From Ptychomitrium polyphyllum (taxonomy: Eukaryota), in NCBI GenBank assembly GCA_973851085.1, contig OZ316775.1:11160001-11224000 (forward strand): a stretch of 64,000 nucleotides of DNA. The letters are read 5' to 3'. The notes below the pieces were generated by a model. That model was given only the letters and a program-made list of their open reading frames with translations, was not told where the DNA came from and searched no databases. Below, piece after piece: positions 49,777 through 64,000 of the stretch (positions are counted from its first letter, which is position 1; every line of letters starts with the position of its first letter). A program made the translations under genes and the position numbers.

Positions 49777-51748
49777 ATGGCGGCACCGGCAGCGGGAGGC
49801 GGAGCTGCAGTGGAGTGGCACTTGAGACCGCCGAACGCGAAAAACCCTATCGTCTTCTTTGATGTTACCATCGGCAGCCTGCCTGCCGGGCGGATTAAGA
49901 TGGAGCTCTTTGCTGACATCGTCCCGAAAACTGCAGAGAATTTTAGGTGGACACTCTTTCACTCCAATCAATTGCGATCACTGTTGTGATTCTGGTTTAT
50001 GTCCTTTTAGGGTTTTTCCGTGAGGTTTTGGGAAGCGAGATAGGTTTCTTAAGTCTAGATCAGAAGTGATGCTTAATGTTGCTCTCTTCTGATCGTGTAC
50101 TTTGGTGGACACTGCAGACAATTCTGCACTGGAGAGTTCAGGTACCAACTTTGTTCAGTTTTTTTGACTGTCTTATTGGTCTTCGCTCATTAAGGTTGTC
50201 TTTCAAAGGGAGGATGCTAAGCGATTACGTTGCTATGCGTAAGGAGATTTTATGTTATGTGCACTAGGCTGTCGGTAGTCTATATTGAATGTATGATGCC
50301 AGTTGTTCATGGTGGTGATGGCTTTTGCAGGAAGGGTAATAATCCAATTGGCTTCAAAACGTCCACATTCCATCGTGTCATCAAGGACTTCATGATTCAA
50401 GGGGGTGATTTCGTCAAGGGAGATGGAAGTGGCTGTACCAGCATCTATGGCAGTAAATTCGACGATGAGAACTTTATTGCAAAGCACACCGGTCCAGGCC
50501 TTCTCTCTATGGTATTCTCAAGTCGCCTGGACTTCACTGAATTGTTTCTGTTCCTCTTCTTCTGTTCATTGTGTTGAAACCAATGATACAGTTAGTCATT
50601 CTACCTGTTTTACACGAAAGTTATTTACTCAATGACTCACGCGTTCCTTGTGTGTCATGTATGTTGTATCAAACATGGTCTAGATAGTTTTTGGCCTCAT
50701 CTATCAGAGTAAGATCTCTGCTGTACTCATGTCTTTGTACAAACTCATATTCTTACATTAACAAAAGAAGAATCTGATCAGTGCTGTCCTGGCCACCATC
50801 AATAGAAGGTTTTTGGCTTCTAAACAAAGTAGTTGTGCTGATGGGGCAGATCCATATATCGCCTGCTGCATGGGTAGCAAAGCTTGTTCTGCGTTTCGTC
50901 GTTTATTTACGTACGGAGCCAAGGTATCTGAGGCTAAGGTATTTCTAATTGACAACCAAGTATTTAATTCTCTCTGTTGTGTGTACAGGCGAATAGTGGA
51001 CCGGGCACAAATGGATGCCAGGTATTCAACTTTGAATCATTTTCTCCTCACACGTTTTTTGATGATACGAATAGTCTAGATTGGATTCTGCAGTCTCGTT
51101 GGCTGCTGTGGGTCTTTCTTTTTCTTTTTTCTTTTTAGAGCATAATGTTCTTCCTAGTGATGTTCGATGTTTGTTGTCTAGTTTAAATAAGCTACTTAGT
51201 GTTAGTAACAATAGTGCCAAGAACTGTAGTGAGTGGTTTGAAGGGTCTATTCTCTAACTGGGTTGGTGGAATATGCCAGTTCTTTATCACTTGTGCCAAG
51301 TGCGACTGGTTGGACAACAAGCACGTCGTTTTTGGGGTAGGCTCCTTCGTCCTTTACTTTATTCGTATTCTGGGCTTGTTTACGTGGTGAATTGTTAAAG
51401 TGTGAAAATTCATCTTTTGGTTATTACTCTTAGATTTTTTAACTACGTTCAGCGTGCATTATGCTGGTCAGTCGAGTACGGAACCTCAATCACGCATGTA
51501 CATGCATTATGTTTCTTTTACATAGTATGTATTTACAGATTGGTTCAAGTGAGTACCTTGGTATCTTTCTGAATTCTTGTTCTCTAATCGAGATGATTGT
51601 ATTCACATTATGTGTTTTGTTCGGTGTCTTGTGCCAGCGCGTGCTTGGAGAAGGTCTGCTTGTTGTAAGAAAACTCGAGAATGTGCAAACAGGGCAAAAC
51701 AATCGCCCTAAGCTTGCGTGTACCATTGCCGAGTGTGGCGAGATGTAG
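49777..51748 (+). CDS. CYP22: Cyclophilin H / CYP22-type peptidyl-prolyl isomerase (U4/U6 snRNP), 6 exons: 49777-49946, 50118-50141, 50331-50511, 50989-51021, 51280-51336, 51638-51748
   Basis: [100 protein letters not shown]. Confidence 0.95.
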
Positions 51749-53493
51749 ACAGCTGTTATTTCGATTTGAATTTTTCTATTTACCATTTTTCGGTTTGACC
51801 ACATGACTTGTACATGTGTTCTGTTATAAGTTAGTATAGATTCCACCTTGTGCTCATCTTGTTTTGCATTGAGGCATGTGGCGGGATTGTGTTTGTTTTA
51901 GGCGATTGGGATCTGGATCGGACACAGCACGTGTACAATTCGGATGTCTATATCCTCATTCGGTCGTGTGCATTTTATAATGAAATTTGGGAATCAACCG
52001 GTGTGTATGCTGGTTTTTCTCAGTAGGAAATTTGGATAGCAGAACTTTATTGGTTTCCTTGTGGTATAAGCGGGATTTCGTTGACAGTATATATGGGTTC
52101 GGTTTTTGATGCTGATATTTTTCCCTCGACTTCACCTTACCATGCTTGAGAGAATCCTGGTCATGGTACAGGCAGCTATTCCCGCGGCTGCTCCAAGTCA
52201 CAGGTTGCAAGGAATAAGTTTCCTTTTTGTAATTCACAGATGATTCAAGAATCTTATTGCAAGCAGAGACCAGAGTACCAAGTGAAGCTAAAACAGGGCC
52301 TAAAAACTCCAGCAGCGCCACGAACAGGAGAACCCCACAGCTTACGTTGGGGAGATACTAACCTTCCTTCCAGGCTTGCTCATCTTCTATCCTGTCTAAT
52401 GCATAACATGTGGTTACTTTCCCAAAACTTTGTCAAGGTGATCATACCCGCGGATGCTCCAAGCGAATCTTTGCATAGTCAATTAGTCCCTTCCAAAGTC
52501 GCGAAGTAACCTTCTCCATGGGCCAATTCTCCTCCCAAAACACTATGGCACTCCGGGCGAGACATATCTCCCACAACATCAATCCTTTCAAAAAGGAAAC
52601 ACATGGTGATGAATTTACCAAAACGTTTGGATGGACTTCGTAAAAAATAGAGATTTACAGTAGAGATATAAGTTTCTTGCAGACACCATGCACAGATTTG
52701 CTATGTAGGATTTCAAGTAGACTTTTCATTCTTGAAATTGAATGCTTCACTTTTAGCTAAGAACTTACCAATCTTGAACATATTTGAACCACTTCTAAGT
52801 GTATGTAACCTAACCTATTCAAAATTTGTATATACATAATCCTTTAATGAAAGGAATTATGACTTAAATTATATGGTTCAATTATGTAGAATTTTGAAAT
52901 ATATAATGGGTGAAAAAAAGAATTAGATTTGAAGTTATATGACTTTCAAAATATAATTGTTTGAAGTATCAAAGATAAGAAATTTTTATTTTATTTTAAA
53001 AAAAGAATATATATAAATATAACATTTATATTATGCAATACATCTCACAACTAGACCTTGATAGCACATTTTTTTTTAAAATTTCTATATTAGTGTTACA
53101 TTGCTATCAATCTACGTACTAAATTGTAGGTGTTCCAATTGTTGTGTCCATGTCCTAAACTATTCTTAATGAATATTAAAAAAATTAATCACCCTACGTT
53201 CTTTAATTATTATTGATTCAAAAAGTCATAACTAATCATATGAAATTGCATTCCGCAACTTTACTTTACTTACAAAAAAATCTTACAGACTTTTAAACTT
53301 CTACAATTACGCACATTAATATTTCTAAAAGAGGTAAATCTAGCGTATATTTCAACGGTTTGATACAAAAAATGACTTTAAAGGGTAGTACAATTCAAAC
53401 ATACATAGAGTAATTGTATGATTTCAGGCTTTGAAAATTGGAGAACAGAGGATTTTCAAGTACTCCGTAACCTTGACCTCAGAATTCTGTATC

Positions 53494-53558
53494 GTTCTAT
53501 GTCACTTAGTTCATGAATAAGAATAGTTCTATGTCACTTAGTTCATGAATAAGAATAG
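53494..53558. repeat. 32-bp tandem duplication (GTTCTATGTCACTTAGTTCATGAATAAGAATA) x2
   Basis: Seen directly. Confidence 0.85.
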
Positions 53559-53900
53559 TAATGCGAAAATAAACCCTGTAAATAAGCACTAAGGAGACCC
53601 TATCAAGTGCGTAATAAATACGACCTGGTCTGCCGCATCAATGAAACCTTGGTCCAAAAAGTATTTAAACCTTCGTTGTGCAACACTGAGGAAATTTAAG
53701 AACATATAACTCTCTAAAATCACGAACATACAATCAAAGCACTCAGCGGAGACTCCGAGATGCAAGTCATTGCAGGTTGTAACTCTTCATTACAAGAAAA
53801 CCTGAGTCAAAGGATTTCAAAAACCAAGGCAAGACATACCCTTGCCAACGCTTCACACACAATCATGATCCTACCAACTGGCTACCAGTAGTTACTAAGC

Positions 53901-55857
<1,957 letters not shown>

Positions 55858-57898
55858 GATTGCGTTGCCACTGAGCTCACCAGTGAGCTCCGCTGCTTCA
55901 AGGTCACGCTGCGAAGCGGAAAAGAGAGCCTCTCCGCAGGCTGCCTCGGGCTTTAGGGTTTAACCCCCGCCCCTACCAGAAACCGTCACTTCACCAGAAC
56001 CAACACCATCCTCGTCCCAACGTAGATTCTGAAAGCCAAACTGTGTGAACATACGTAGACAAAATTTACAGTAAGTGTAGTAACGGTTTTCGGCATATAA
56101 AATTGAGGAGGCAGGATTCAGGAGCTTCTTCTCTACAACCGGCGTACAGCTGACGCTCTGGAATCTAGGATTTCAGTAGAGAAAACCGGGTTTGTGTGGG
56201 GTGTCGGGTGTTGTGTGAAATTCCTCCGGGCTTGGTCGCTCCCGCCCTTCGTTTCTCCGGGTAGACATCTGTAATTCTCAAAATAGATTGTGATTGTGTA
56301 TATGGTTCTAAAATGAAAAATAACTGAAACCATCAATATTTCCAATACCAACCTATGTTTGACGACAAAAATCACATATATTAATTGAATTTTTTTTTTA
56401 TAAATTTGATAATGTTTTTATATGAGCATTTTAGCCAATTGACCACAAGTTTCTTTTTGGTTAATTTTCTATCAATTCTTAAGAAATTGATTACTACTAT
56501 TTTGCCACCTTTATTTGATTACTACTATTTTGCCACCTTTATTTAATATCTTGAAAAATATTTTGAAAATAAAGGCTCCAACTTTTTATAACATTTTATA
56601 TCAATAAAAAAAGGCTATTCTTTGAAATGTATATTCCAACAAAGATTTTAATACAATTTCTTTTATATTTCATAAACAAATCCTCCATGTAACGAATGAA
56701 TTTTTATGAATTTATGTCATTGTTAAGTACATTTAGTTATTGTTTACAAATGTTGATCAAATGAAGAATCCAAGTTTTTCTTTGAAAACATTAAACAAGT
56801 TTAGCAATCTTCGTAAGAACTTAAAAGTTTAGCAACAACAATTACCAAAATTAAAAAATTAAAAAATATCCATTCATTAAATTTCTTTTATAGAATAAAA
56901 TTTGCATTGATAATAGCTTAAAAAAAGTGATAAAATGAAAATTTGATTAATGACTTTCTTAAAAAACATTTCTGCTTATGTAGTTTTCCAAATAAAAAAG
57001 ACATATTTATTTCATGGATTTATAATAAATTAAAAGTTTGAACTTTTTTTAAAATGCAAAATATTTGAATGCAGCTTCCAACTAAATGAAAATTAATGTA
57101 TTTTTAAATCATTGTACATTGAAACTGTATCATGGCATACAATTTCTTTTTTTAATTAATCATTGTGATGAATAATTCATAAGTTGTACTTTACAAATTT
57201 TGTTGGTTTCAAATAACCACAATATCTGAATCATGTGAATATTGTTTTGAATCATAATAATCTTTACAATGAAAAGATTTTTATATAAAATAAAATAAAA
57301 TATGTAAATCAAATGTCTAATAATTAGTTGACTTGTTGTAATTTTATAAAATATTATATAATATCATATAATATCATGAAATACCTTCCAAACTACTTAT
57401 AATCTATGATCATAATTTAAATATTCAAAATAGAATAAATACTTAATAATCAATAATTACACACATATACATATGTACATAGAAATAAATATACAATACA
57501 AATGATTGCATATTATCTTTTACTTATCACCTTACATCAATTTGTTCTTTATAATAATCCACCTTTAAAATACACCATATATCAATTCACATCACAAAAT
57601 GTCAAAAAAATCCTAAACAATAGTGTAAAAATGGTAAAAGTTGGGTCTAAAGAGATCCTGCAATATGCACAAATTTAACGAACTTCTTATAGTCCCTTTG
57701 AATGCCAAGTCAACTTGCAGGACGTCTCCTTAAATTCTTCATTCACTGCGGACGGATAGGGAGCCCAGTTGCGGGGACCGATGGGGACACTACACTCCCT
57801 GAAGGTGACTACGTGGCGAGATGTGAGTGGGTGAGCGTCGTCGTGCTTTGCAGCTTCAGTGCCGAAGGTTGAGCGCTGTGTCGAGTTTTGCTCGCACC

Positions 57899-58063
57899 AT
57901 GTCTGCGTCGGCCGACAAGCGCTCCATGCGCTTGCTCATGGTGTGCGCCATCGGCACCTTGGCCGGCATCCTCATGGCCTCCGCCGATCGTAAGGCCAGC
58001 AAGCAAGCCACCGGCGCTCTCACTGTGGAAGAGAGGTTGAAGCAGCTCGACCACAAGGGATAG
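57899..58063 (+). CDS. Candidate 54-aa single-pass membrane microprotein
   Basis: GC-rich ORF in good start context (GCACCATGT): MSASADKRSMRLLMVCAIGTLAGILMASADRKASKQATGALTVEERLKQLDHKG. Confidence 0.5.
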   Translation: MSASADKRSMRLLMVCAIGTLAGILMASADRKASKQATGALTVEERLKQLDHKG

Positions 58064-59413
58064 TGAACTGCCCTCTAGCACCACCAGGAGGATCCCCATC
58101 ACCGTGCGGATGATTGCTTCACGTTGGAAATACGAAGCGTGAGAGGAATAGTACAAACTGCTGTTACATTTCCGGTTGAGGATATGACTTTATTTTCTCG
58201 AAATGAGCAGGCAAGCTGGTACTACTGCGTAGTAGGGTTTTAGGGTTAGGGTTTAAGGTTGCGATTTCGGGAGTGACTGGGGAGAGAGTTTTGAGGTTGG
58301 GTGGAAGATGACACCGGTTTATCTGAGTGGTGCAAGTTTCGCTCGTTATGCACCTGCATGGTTAGCTACGGCATTTGTTACGACAGCAGGGTAGTTGATG
58401 AAACAGTGAAACCCTAATTTTTTTTGTGGAAGTTCGGTTTTGGATTGGCATTCGGAGATCGTTCAAATTTTTTTGGGAAATGTTCCCTTTGTTGCTGAGG
58501 ATTAAGTGTGAGAGCATGTAGGCACTCGTTGCGGCACTTGGGAATCGCAATTTGGGACTGGAGCGAAGCTGGGGTGGTGTGGTTGACCTTCACGGGGAAA
58601 TTGTGGAGTTGTTGGAGCGCTACATGTGATGTTAAGGCTACAATTTTCATGCAAAGTTTAGTTTGCGCACTTGGACAGCTTTTTTCTGATAGTTGCATGA
58701 AGCCTGGTGTAAGGTTTAGAAGGATGGGCTTACAAAAGGAAATTTGCTAGCATCGGAGGTATTCCATATATGCAATATTCTCAAAGTAAATCTCATTCAC
58801 AGTACATCCACAGTATGTGAGTGTAGATTCTCCACGATTGTTTGACCTGCAAGTTTGAACAAGCAATCATGAAGCTCCTTTATTGTGAATTTTAGAGACT
58901 ATTGAACCATGCAGAGAATTGACATCTGCCTTGTAAATCAGACTTAACTCTGGAACAACCAGCAAGTAATACAGTAGTGCGGTTGCAGAACACCTAAACC
59001 TTTGTGACTTCTCTTTGATAAGTGCCTACTGGTATGTATCAAACTGCCTCTTGATCTGACTTTTGCTGTGATCCATCTATGAGTTCCTCTGCTACCACAG
59101 CGAGTGGCCCTATTTGCTACGACTTTGTGCCAACAAGGTGAAATGAGTTCCAGTCGGGTCAAACTTATTCCTTGTCAAAATGATTACCTCCAAGTCAATT
59201 TTCAAGCAGATGCACAGTACCTACTATATGGGATAAACTGTTGGCTATTAGGGGGGTCAAAGCTTGATTACCTGGTCTTGGTGGATATAATTAGTGATGG
59301 TTCAGATGATCCCAAAGTAGTTGAAGGACTGTGATTGGGCGGATGGACTTAGTTGGAGTTTCTACATTGAAGAGAAAAAATGCTGCTCCGTGCAATTGCT
59401 ACTAATTTTTGAG

Positions 59414-59458
59414 TTGAGGACTTTGAATTGAGGACTTTGAATTGAGGACTTTGAGTTG
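59414..59458. repeat. 14-bp tandem repeat x3 (TTGAGGACTTTGAA)
   Basis: Seen directly. Confidence 0.85.
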
Positions 59459-62400
59459 AAGCCCCTCTGCTCCAAAAGCTGCTTGCTAGTCTTGTTGACG
59501 ATTCAAACAGCCTTAGCTCTACGGTACGACCTGGTATCGTATCCACTGACTGTTCGGTTGACAATTCAAACAGCCTTAGCAGTGAAAACCAGTATATGAA
59601 AAGCCATCTGAAGTCATCTCACACCTCTTGAACCTCACAATCCGGCGCAATATTGTAACATGCTCTATTTGGGGATCAGGTTGTGAGCTCAATCCCCACA
59701 TAATAACCAGGTGTGTTGCACTCATCATCATGAACCAGTCTCCATTCAACTAGTCTTGTCCTACTTTTCCTTATGCAGAATGACGACGGATGAAATGGGG
59801 TTGAAGAAGTCAAGCGCTTTGAGAGTGCTGCTGGTGGTCGATGCGATTGAAATGAGAAGAAGCCGAGGACTGAAGTGGGTCACGGATCGTGATTGTCTTG
59901 AAAGAGTCGATGAAGCCGCAATTGCTGCGCAGGGAGGAGTTAGTGCAGGGACGGTGGGCACCTTTTGAGGACATTCGAATTGAGGGCTTTGAATTTGTCG
60001 TTGCAGGAGGAAGGCGCAGGAGACGATGCTGGAGATGGTGCTGGACGAAGGCAGGATTGCGGTCCTCTCCCAAATAGGATGTGATCTTTCCTGGCTGACA
60101 GACCTTGTGAACAATTTTCCGTTGCAGAGTCTCAGTAATAATCTATCCTTATACTCTTTGAACAGCTTTTTGTCTGATCCAAGTGTATGCTCCTCCATCC
60201 TTAAAGATTCCTCTGTGCTTCCTCCTCCATCCTTCCGATGTTCCTCTCTTCTTCAACGTTCTCCTTCAACCCGCACCCAAGCCATTACATTCTTGCTGAT
60301 CCTCTCCGGTCCTTTGTAGTTAACCCTTTACGGTTTCCGGCTTGTTTTGAAGCAACTGATTTTTCTTGGGACGTAATTTATTCAAATATGACAATTGTAG
60401 GGTACAATTTGATGGTATGAACAACTTTGCAACCCAATTATACACGAATCGTTAAAAATGAAGTCTAAGTTACCAAACAACTTCCATTACTATGATGGAA
60501 GCATACACCACATGTGACAGAGAGCTCTGTATATACAACTTCACTGATCACTTTCGTTTACAAAATTTAATCACATGCCGGACTTGCAAGACACAAATGA
60601 GGATTGTTCCTGAATCAGACTTTCAAGATCTTTACAATGAGCTCAATCTTAATCTGAGGATCCGATGATCTAAGGAACAGAGACAGCACACGAAGAGAAC
60701 TGCAGAGAGATGCATAGAATTTTCAATTTGAAAAACACAGTTTGAGTGGAGATTTTAGGAAAATAGAAGTCAAAGATGGTGGTTTTCTTCAATGGTTACA
60801 CAACAATATGAAAGTGTGATTACAAATAACTATAATGAATCATCTATTTGTCACATTAAATATGTTCAGAGTAGAGAATCGATACATATTCTTGTGCATT
60901 TTCTTCCTAACACCATTCTTTCAAGAAATAAGGTAGCCAACTCATCATTTTTTCAAGAAAAAGTCAAGCTTTGGTTTTGAAACTTTGGGTTACATACTAT
61001 TTTAAATTTTTACTTGTATACAAGCTAATATTTAGAAATTTGTTGAAACAGAATAGTATCCAATTTCTACATTAAAGCACTATTTTTTTTTCACATGCAT
61101 TCTCTTCTAATACTTCAAAAATTCTTTCTAGATTTTGATCTGTTCCAAAAAATTGCACGTAGCAACCACTTTATGAATTGAACTTTATTTGGGACCTAAA
61201 GTATTCATGTGAATTGGGCCTAATTCATATTTAATGTTTGCATCCATCTTAATGATGTAGAATTGAACACCATATTCATTATAATGGAACAAAAAAAATA
61301 ATTTGGGACTATAATAGTAACTTGTTTAGATTTACCTTAAATTGATTCTATTATGAACATCTACTCTATTGCACATTTATTGTATTATAAAAATTAAGAA
61401 ATGTCAATTTGACTCAAGTTAAATTAAATACTTCATAAATTGTTTAAGTGCAAATCCAATGGCATTTGGTTGATGTTGCTCATTTACTGGCAAAATATTG
61501 CTATATAACTTCAAAGACATGACAATCATTATTGACAAATTTAATCCCTTTTAGATCTCTTTCATCTCACAAGATTATTTTAGAACTTCAAAAATTGCCA
61601 TTATAATAAATATGGTGTTATGGGCCTAACATTATACATAATTCTCAATTTATATTAGTATTTTTAAACATTTTTTTAATAATTAATTTTTTTTTATTAT
61701 ATACCAAATTTTGAAATATAATGATATAAATATTTTAAAAATTAGGCATGAATCTAAAGGTTTTTCTTCAATTGGACTTCTTTGCAATTTCTTGCATATT
61801 GAGTCACTTCATAATGTTGTCATTGTTGAAGTGTAGCACTATAAAGATTGAATTATCAACATCGTAATAATTGTCAAGCATACGAGAATACTATAGATGA
61901 ACATATGATACACAAACTCTGCACAATGTAACACTCTCATAAACTATAAATGATAAAATATTATGCTAAAAATATGTAGAGATTTACTACATTAGTTTGT
62001 TTTTATGTTGAATGAATTTGGTAGTTGCAAAGACAATAAATTAAGAAGTCAACATTAATTTTTAATTTATTTAATGGAAAGTAGATACGAGACATAACAA
62101 GGAAGAAAAGGAATTTATTGAGTACTTTGAATCTTTAGAAAAGACAAATAACCAAGCTATCTTTAACAAGAAGAGTTTGGTATCTTTTGACAATTTTTTG
62201 GAATTGATTCTATAAAGAATTGGAAAAAAAATCTTAGATGGAAAATAACACTTGTGGTGTAGTTGGAGGATTTTCTTATAACAAATTCATAGTTTACAAT
62301 AAAGATTGTTCCTACTAGCAAGGAAGCTTGAAAATTTTCTAGTTTTATTTAATATTTCTATTAGATTTTACAAACTACATTTTTAGTGAAGATCCTTTAG

Positions 62401-64000
62401 AAATTCATTCAATGTCTCCAAGTGAAAATTACATTGTAGATGGAGATGCTTAATTAATTGATATAACATTCTTAAGAATCAAAATTAAGACAAGATAAAA
62501 AAAATGTTGACTTTGAATTATTATTGGATATAAAACACATTAGAGATAAGTAATTGAATTCTTCATATCTTTCCATTTTTAGTATAAGATCATTAAAGAT
62601 GTGCATAACTTTGAAGATGATGAAAAACCAAAGATTGTATTTTATAACCTACACAATTTATAAAAAAATTTAGGAAAATATTAAAAAATATGTACATAAA
62701 ATGTTCAAATATCAAAAAAAACCAAATCATATATATGTAATATAAAAATGTGTATTATGCACTATTTTTTAAATTTAGAAGTTTGTTATTTTGATCATTC
62801 AATTAGATATCTTCAAATTTGATGCACTTTTATTCAACTTAAATATATTAGATCTATGAAGTTGCATGCTTTTTAAAATAATTAAAACGTAAGTGTTTTT
62901 TAACAATAATAATAATGAAAAATTAATATTCAAAATATTAATTTATAATATATCATTAAAAAACGTATTATACAAATCAAAATTATAGATAACAAAATCT
63001 ACTTTTTGAACTATACTTTTAAAATGTTTCTTTGCATTAAAAGAACACAAAAGATTGATTGTTCAATAGAAAGTTGATTTAAGGCTACTTTACATCTTTT
63101 TTTGGAGAAGACAAGATAACCAAAAAAAACATTAAAAAATATAAAATATGGATATTTTAGGTAAGAGATGATCTTTGGAAGAAGATATAAACGTAATGTT
63201 TAATAAAAGATGGCTTCTCCCATGTAAAAGCTCTTGGATCACCATTCCAAATGTCCTTTCAAAAACAATCAATAAAAAAGAAAAATTGGCAATAATTAAT
63301 CCCATATAAGTGGTTTATTCATTCTCATCCACCTTTAAATTGCTTCGTCCATGGAGAAGAGGACAAGGTATAATTCACTCAAACTTTTGACAATTCATAA
63401 TGTTGAATTTTCTAAATATGGGAGAAATCTCTCATGTGCATGAGAGATGACGATTCCAAGACACTCCTTGAAATCAATCCTTTCCTTCAACTTCAAAGCC
63501 TATTTTGGTATGCATGTTAAAATTAAAAAATTGAATTGTGATTTATAACCTATGTATGCACCATTGGATTTACCTTTGCCCTTAGTGTGTTTTCTGCCTT
63601 CGAGCGGATTGTGTAATATGCAATTAGCAAGCATGGCAGTGATAGAAAGGATTCAAAATCAGAGGTAGCAAAACGATTATGTGAACTTACCCCACGTATA
63701 AAAGATGGAGTGAAGGCTCCAAGGGTCAAGCACCATGTCCCTGATACACTTTCAAGGAACCAAATGTTTTATTATCGTTCTAGTTCACTTCTAAATAAAC
63801 CGCTGCAAAGTCTCACTAATCTTGCAAACCAATGGATTCACATTGATAAAATTTGCGGAGACTATCACTACTGACCATAATAGTCTGGAGTAAGTATCAA
63901 AGACTGTGTGTGAAAGTATCAAAATTATATTGAGATATTCGCTTGGGCATCTCTGAGGGACATGGTCCCCATAGAGGACACCCTCAAATAAATAAAACTA

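Noticed and set aside
59711..60319. Overlapping ORFs of 85-145 aa
   Set aside because: Low-complexity CT/GA-rich sequence with no identifiable family on either strand.
60700..63600. AT-rich block as a specific transposon (also 19900-21800)
   Set aside because: Probably old TE debris, but no termini, TSD or protein motifs could be identified.

Overview
Eukaryotic plant nuclear DNA. GT-AG introns, telo-boxes, a chromovirus relic and a vasohibin gene point to a moss such as Physcomitrium (inference). Protein genes: sphingolipid fatty-acid 2-hydroxylase, an NDR1/HIN1-like protein, alpha-dioxygenase, an S-protein homologue, an 11-exon vasohibin (tubulin detyrosinase)-like gene, a disrupted CAX exchanger, an LRR relic, an unknown protein with a plastid-type N-terminus, cyclophilin H, RPS8 and a 54-aa membrane microprotein candidate. 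Also present: two tRNAs, a decayed Copia element, and a rearranged Ty3/gypsy chromovirus with a nested solo LTR. The most interesting region is an ORF-free snoRNA cluster at about 28.4-29.95 kb. It holds several C/D guides, a U65/snR34-type H/ACA guide, and two copies of a ~245-nt H/ACA RNA whose 3' hairpin has the m1/m2 layout of the 18S-processing snoRNA U17/snR30. Exon boundaries were read by eye, and rRNA target sequences were recalled from memory, so both need computational confirmation.
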